From the NCBI RefSeq assembly GCF_001194135.2, contig NC_068982.1, forward strand, positions 15,392,777 through 15,436,071: a DNA stretch of 43,295 nt. The letters run 5' to 3'. How positions within the stretch are numbered: position 1 is the first letter of the stretch; every line of letters starts with the position of its first letter. Of this stretch, positions 37,543 to 43,295 are shown one piece after another. The notes beneath the pieces were generated by a model. The model was given only the letters and a program-made list of their open reading frames with translations, was not told the DNA's origin and searched no databases. Source of the stretch: Octopus bimaculoides. Taxonomy: Eukaryota. The position numbers and the translations under genes are program-made.

Positions 37543-37694
37543 CTAAAAATTTCTATGACCTTTGACATATTGATTTCTTTTAGCAGACCTTTCTTTAAGT
37601 CACAGGGACATATTTTCAGGTTAACGCTGTTTCATCGAGTTCACAGAGAAATGCCTCGCCCTGGTCCCGGTAATGTTTTTTCCTCAATAAACGC

Positions 37695-38143
37695 TTGAGG
37701 TAAACTTTGAATTGATAAACATTGAGGTAAACTTTGAATTGATGAACATTGAGGTAAACTTTGAATTGATAAACATTGAGGTAAACTTTGAATTGATAAA
37801 CATTGAGGTAAACTTTGAATTGATAAACATTGAGGTAAACTTTGAATTGATNNNNNNNNNNNNNNNNNNNNNNNNNNNNNNNNNNNNNNNNNNNNNNNNN
37901 TTGAGGTAAACTTTGAATTGATAAACATTGAGGTAAACTTTGAATTGATAAACATTGAGGTAAACTTTGAATTGATAAACATTGAGGTAAACTTTGAATT
38001 GATAAACATTGAGGTAAACTTTGAATTGATGAACATTGAGGTAAACTTTTTTTTGATAAACATTGAGGTAAACTTTGAATTGATAAACATTGAGGTAAAC
38101 TTTGAATTGATGAACATTGAGGTAAACTTTGAATTGATAAACA
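37695..38143. repeat. 27-bp minisatellite (TTGAGGTAAACTTTGAATTGATAAACA)n
   Basis: 5 full units and 1 partial before the gap (37852-37900), 9 full units after it. Variants GATGAACA and TTTTTTTT occur. Confidence 0.97.
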
Positions 38144-38221
38144 TTGAATTGGTGCTATTTCAGCTTGCGGTCGATCACAGTATCTGTAGTCTACGCTGTG
38201 AGACGATCTGAACTGGGCTAG

Positions 38222-38270
38222 GATTAGGGTTAAAGTTAGGCTTAGGGTTAGGCTTAAGGTTAGCGTTAGA
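38222..38270 (+). repeat. Degenerate telomere-like (TTAGGG/TTAGGC) tract
   Basis: GATTAGGGTTAAAGTTAGGCTTAGGGTTAGGCTTAAGGTTAGCGTTAG. Confidence 0.7.
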
Positions 38271-38691
38271 TCTAGACTGCATGCTAAAGTGTCACCCTTG
38301 AATTTCTGGTGCAAAGTTCACACTTGTGATGCTATCACATCAATGCTTGTGCTGAACATTATTTATCAAAAACGTAACGTTTGTTTTGAAACACATCAAT
38401 TGCAAATTGCTCCCGTCAACTGGAAATGTTACGAAACCTTTAGCCTGGTTTGCCATTCACTGTGTTGTGAATATGTAAATAAGGCTTCTCAAGAAATCAA
38501 AACACTATCCACGTGATTTAAAGCAAATTTTTTCCATCTCACTTCAAACAAATGGGTAAGCCACTTTTTGAATGAATGAACCTGTTGTTGCAATTTTCAT
38601 GCGAATTTAAATGAAAGAATATTATTTATACGAGTGAGAAAAAAAAAAGAGTGTGTATGTGAGAGAGACAGAGAGAACGGGAGAGAGAATG

Positions 38692-38727
<36 letters not shown>

Positions 38728-38825
38728 ATAGAGAGAGAGAGAGAGAGAGAGGTGGGGGGAGAGGAAATAAACTAAAATAATTTTATAAACTTTACGATTT
38801 TCATGTCATAACTACAAAATTCACA

Positions 38826-38991
38826 GGTAAATTTTCAGATTAACACCAGCACGATTTTCACTAGGGTGTTAGGGTTAGGGTTTTAGGGTTAGGGACGGAA
38901 TTTCCTAACCCTAACCCCCTAACCCTGACCCTAAAACCGTAACCCTAACACCCTAGTGAAAATCGTGCGGGTGTTAATCTGAAAATTTACC
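38826..38991. mobile_element. 166-bp hairpin MITE, Merlin-like, whose interior is TTAGGG/CCCTAA repeats
   Basis: At least 52-bp TIRs (1 mismatch) starting GGTAAATTTTCAG. TSD AATTCACA at 38818-38825 and 38992-38999. Confidence 0.92.
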
Positions 38992-39059
38992 AATTCACAT
39001 TATTGGTTGAACACTGTCCACTCTGAGAATACAGAAATATATATATATACGCGTGCGCG

Positions 39060-39118
<59 letters not shown>

Positions 39119-39437
39119 GTATCCCTTCACACACATGTATCCCTTTTATCTGTTTCAGTAACTGGATTGTGGCAATACTGGAGCACCATGTTGTAAAGTT
39201 AGATGCTTATAGCTCCTAGGTTTCACAAAACGTCACCCATTTAAGTACTAACTTGGTTCAACGTTGCTTCACTTCGCTGATCGAACGAAAACCGATGCTT
39301 TCAACATGATATGTTTAGTTTAAAATATAAGTATATTCTAACTGGTTTGAATATTATAAAGTCTTCGAAAAGCCCAATAGCATGTATTTGATATTTGCTT
39401 CCTCTTTGTGAGCTTACAACGCTCCCAAGGCGGCTCT

Positions 39438-40157
39438 GTTGGCACTCCGTCAGTTACGATGGCGTGTTTTCCAGTTGATCCGACCAACGGAACTGCCAGC
39501 TTGTAAAATTTACATGGAAGTGGTTGAGCACTCCGCAGACACACATACCCTTACCGCAGTTCTCAGGGTGACTCAGCGTAACTCTGAGTGTAACAATGCT
39601 GGCCCCCTTTGAGTAATAAGTACAGCTCATTTTTGCCAGCTGAGTGGACTGTAACAAGGTGAAAATAAAGTGTCTAGCGCAAGGACTAAACGTGGTGCCG
39701 GGAATCGAAGTCACGACCTTACGATCCTGGGCGATCTTTCGGTACGAGTTCCTAATTATCGGCATTTTCCGTAAAAAGTGTCTTCGGCGATCTTTACCAA
39801 AGATCGGCCTTTTCCGTAAAAAGTGTTCGAGAGAAACAGGGAAACGATGTCATAACAGCGAAAGACATACAGAGAGCGCGATTTATTTTGAAGGTTTTAG
39901 GGTTAGGGTTAGGTTTACGGTTTGGGTTTTAGGGTTTGCGTTAGGGAATTCCGTCCCTAACCCTAAAACCCTAACCCTGACACTAAAACCCTAACCCTAA
40001 CGCCGTAGTGAAGATCGTGCGGGTGTTACGGAAAAGGCCGATCTTTGGTAAAGATCGCCGAAGACACTTTTTACAGAAAAGGCCGATAATTAGGAACTCG
40101 TACCGAAAGATCGCCCGATCCTGAGCTGAATGCCCTAACCACTAAGCCACGTGCCTT
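39438..40157 (-). mobile_element. tRNA-derived SINE (family C), split in its tRNA head by the 39730-40115 insertion
   Basis: Rejoined minus-strand head AAGGCACGTGGCTTAGTGGTTAGGGCATTCAGCTCAGGATCGTAAGGTCGTGACTTCGATTCCC. Its 3' tail is shared with family B (...GGATCAACTGGAA...GACGGAGTGCCAAC). Confidence 0.85.
39730..40115. mobile_element. 386-bp non-autonomous DNA transposon, Merlin-like, with a telomeric-repeat core
   Basis: 90-bp TIRs (39730-39819, 40026-40115; 2 mismatches) starting GGCGATC. TSD CGATCCTG at 39722-39729 and 40116-40123. TTAGGG/CCCTAA arrays at ~39895-39999. Confidence 0.92.
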
Positions 40158-41892
40158 ACGGAAGAACTGCTTTCTAAGCAAGATTTGATCACTACTTTTA
40201 GCAGGTCGAACCACCGCCCAGACGCTCACGCATTGGTTCATACGAGATCTGCTGTAGTTTTTCTATGCTTCCCTTTTTCTTTCTTCTTGCTTTCTTTTTT
40301 TTTCTGTTTTTACAATGCATCGTTTTCTTTAAGACATCGAGTCTGTCTGGGCATTTTGACAGAAATTGAACTGAAAGTAATAGAAAAAAAAAAAAAATAC
40401 CACACACCCACATACACACAGACACACACAAAAGTGTTTCCTATTGGTAGTGTATCGTGTTCTGAGCGAAACATCTTCGTAGACTACTACTTAGATTTCA
40501 ACTTGATCATTGAAGATCAATGTAAGAACGTACATTGATTGATACATTCACGTGTGCACTTAGGAATGTGATTCCTGTAAGGGAATATGGAACCGTACAC
40601 GAGAGCACTCAGTTCCCCGCGCGCGCATATATAAACACGCACACACACACACACACACACTCGCGCGTGCATACACACAAAGTGTGCGTACTTATAGGTT
40701 CCCATAGACATACTGACAGACAAGCGCGCAGAGACACATAAGTTTACGTGTAATAGTTTTGTGCATATATGTGTATGTGTGTGTTTGTGTGTGTTCGTAT
40801 GTGTGTATGTGAAACTAAATGAAACGTTCAGTTATCAATAAATAGGTATGTAAAAGTACACAGGTATGTTTATATATAATGTTACTAACCCAGAAATTTA
40901 GAGGGTAAAATACATACATACATACATACATATATGCACACATAGATGCTCAGACATACGTGCACACATACATACAAACGCAAATATACAAACACATGCA
41001 TATAAACAACTTGGATACAAAGGCATATGTAACCCGTACATACAGTATATATATAATCTTAGATAATAAAACGTATAATATACACCTGGTAGCTTCGGTA
41101 AAACAAGTTCACTTTCATAGTGTTCTTTGTGTATCTTCCATCTTCCGTCTCTCTCATTAACCAAATATATATATATATATATATATATANNNNNNNNNNN
41201 NNNNNNNNNNNNNNNNNNNNNNNNNNNNNNNNNNNNNNNNNNNNNNNNNNNNNNNNNNNNNNNNNNNNNNNNNNNNNNNNNNNNNNNNNNNNNNNNNNNN
41301 NNNNNNNNNNNNNNNNNNNNNNNNNNNNNNNNNNNNNNNNNNNNNNNNNNNNNNNNNNNNNNNNNNNNNNNNNNNNNNNNNNNNNNNNNNNNNNNNNNNN
41401 NNNNNNNNNNNNNNNNNNNNNNNNNNNNNNNNNNNNNNNNNNNNNNNNNNNNNNNNNNNNNNNNNNNNNNNNNNNNNNNNNNNNNNNNNNNNNNNNNNNN
41501 NNNNNNNNNNNNNNNNNNNNNNNNNNNNNNNNNNNNNNNNNNNNNNNNNNNNNNNNNNNNNNNNNNNNNNNNNNNNNNNNNNNNNNNNNNNNNNNNNNNN
41601 NNNNNNNNNNNNNNNNNNNNNNNNNNNNNNNNNNNNNNNNNNNNNNNNNNNNNNNNNNNNNNNNNNNNNNNNNNNNNNNNNNNNNNNNNNNNNNNNNNNN
41701 NNNNNNNNNNNNNNNNNNNNNNNNNNNNNNNNNNNNNNNNNNNNNNNNNNNNNNNNNNNNNNNNNNNNNNNNNNNNNNNNNNNNNNNNNNNNNNNNNNNN
41801 NNNNNNNNNNNNNNNNTTTAAAAATTTAACTGTTTCTTATAAAAAAATAAATTTTTCCTATGTATGGTGACATTAGAATCACCCTGTATATG

Positions 41893-41929
<37 letters not shown>

Positions 41930-42892
41930 GTGTGTGTGTGCGTAGATAGATAAATTGATAAGATAGGCAATCCTTCGGTATCACTGCACTACGTCATTCA
42001 CATACACACCCTTCTCTCATGACATAGATAAAGAGGCTAGACTGAAAATGAGGTTGAATGACTTCTCATACTGACACTCTGGAGACTAATACCAAAGGAT
42101 CGCTATATATATATATATGTGCACGCGTGCACACTCAACGCAAACGCTCATGAATGAATAAATACAATATTAAAAAATTATACCTTTCTTAACATCAGTT
42201 TAAGATTGGCAAAGAACTGCCGGACTTCGAAGAGGTGTCTACTAGTAAGCAATAGATATATAATTCAATTTCTGTTGCTGTATTTCTAGTATATATTCGA
42301 TTCGAAGTCACTGTTCATCAAATCTCCTGTACTTTATTTTTTCTTCTGATGAAAGATAACCATCCGAAACGTTGATGAAGTTTAAGTGTTCAGCAAATTC
42401 AATAGTCGTTGAAACATGTTACACTTGTAATTTTTTTCTTTTTGCTCATTGCATTCACTACACTCACCCCCCCCCCCACACACAGGTGAATCGTTAAGTT
42501 TAACGGATAGTGATTTAACGGATTTGGGATTCAATGAACCCCAAAACATTACCGCAATACTTTACTATGGTCAAGGAAAAATATTGTTCTAATACACTTG
42601 CGAAAAGAAAAGAATTTCGTATTCTTCACCATAATTCAATAATCTTATATTGTGCATTAGTGTATCTCTTCTTGGAGAAAATTTCCTTTCCATTTCAAGG
42701 TGCAAAACATGATTCATAAAATAACTCTTGTGCATTAAGTCAGGAGATCGATCACTCTGTTTGCCTGCCTGACTCTCTCTCTCCCACTCCCTCTTTATAT
42801 GTATATATATATGTATATATATGTATATGTGTGTGTATATATATATATAACAGTAAGTTTTTATACACACACATACACACATATATATATAT

Positions 42893-43295
42893 ATACTCTT
42901 TTACTCTTTTACTTGTTTCAGTCATTTGACTGCGGCCATGCTGGAGCACCGCCTTTAGTCGAGCAAATCGATCCCAGGACTTATTCTTTGGAAGCCTAGT
43001 ACTTACTCTATCGGTTCTTTTGCCGAACGGCTAAGTTACAGGGGCGAAAACACACATGCATCGGTTGTCAAGCGATGTTGGGGGGACAAACACAGACACA
43101 CAAACACACACACACACATATATATATGCATACATACATATACATATATACGACGGGCTTCTTTCAGTTTTCGCCTACCAAATCCACTCACAAGGCTTTG
43201 GTCGGCCAGAGGCTATAGTAGAAGACACTTGCTCAAGGTGCCATGCAGTGGGACTGAATCCGGGACCATGCGGTTATTAAGCCTGCGCCTATATT
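42893..43295 (-). mobile_element. SINE family A, near full length
   Basis: Closely similar to 2780-3185, with an internal (CA)n(TA)n tract. Confidence 0.9.

Noticed and set aside
37600-38300. A fourth Merlin-like element enclosing the minisatellite and telomere-like tract
   Set aside because: I could not find matching GG...CC TIRs or an 8-bp TSD.
37616-38314. 232-aa repetitive ORF (SIQSLPQCL)n and other-frame equivalents; CRISPR-like appearance
   Set aside because: It is a by-product of a 27-bp tandem unit. There are no spacers, so it is not a CRISPR array, and there is no evidence of coding.

Overview
Repeat-saturated, gapped (11 N-runs) eukaryotic DNA. It is most likely from an Octopus/coleoid cephalopod draft assembly; this is an inference from the extreme (AT/AC/ATGT/AG)n microsatellite density and the SINE families I recognise. 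I find no intact protein-coding gene. Nearly all ORFs in the supplied track are artefacts of microsatellites, N-gaps or SINEs. What can be supported: (1) at least four families of tRNA-derived SINEs in about 17 copies or fragments; (2) decayed LINE fragments: RTE reverse transcriptase, an RTE C-terminus, a triple-C2H2 LINE 3' end, two R4/Dong-clade pieces and faint CR1 remnants; (3) piggyBac- and hAT-like MITEs; (4) two minisatellites. Three things stand out. First, three non-autonomous DNA transposons with unrelated outer TIRs all have 5'-GG termini and perfect 8-bp TSDs (Merlin/IS1016-like), and each carries inverted telomeric (TTAGGG/CCCTAA) repeats. Second, a fold-back element is built from two head-to-head tRNA-Thr(CGT)-like sequences, and a second copy has lost the tRNA pair from the hairpin centre. 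Third, there are minimal hammerhead-ribozyme-like motifs of the Penelope type. All family assignments come from motif recognition by eye, not from database searches.
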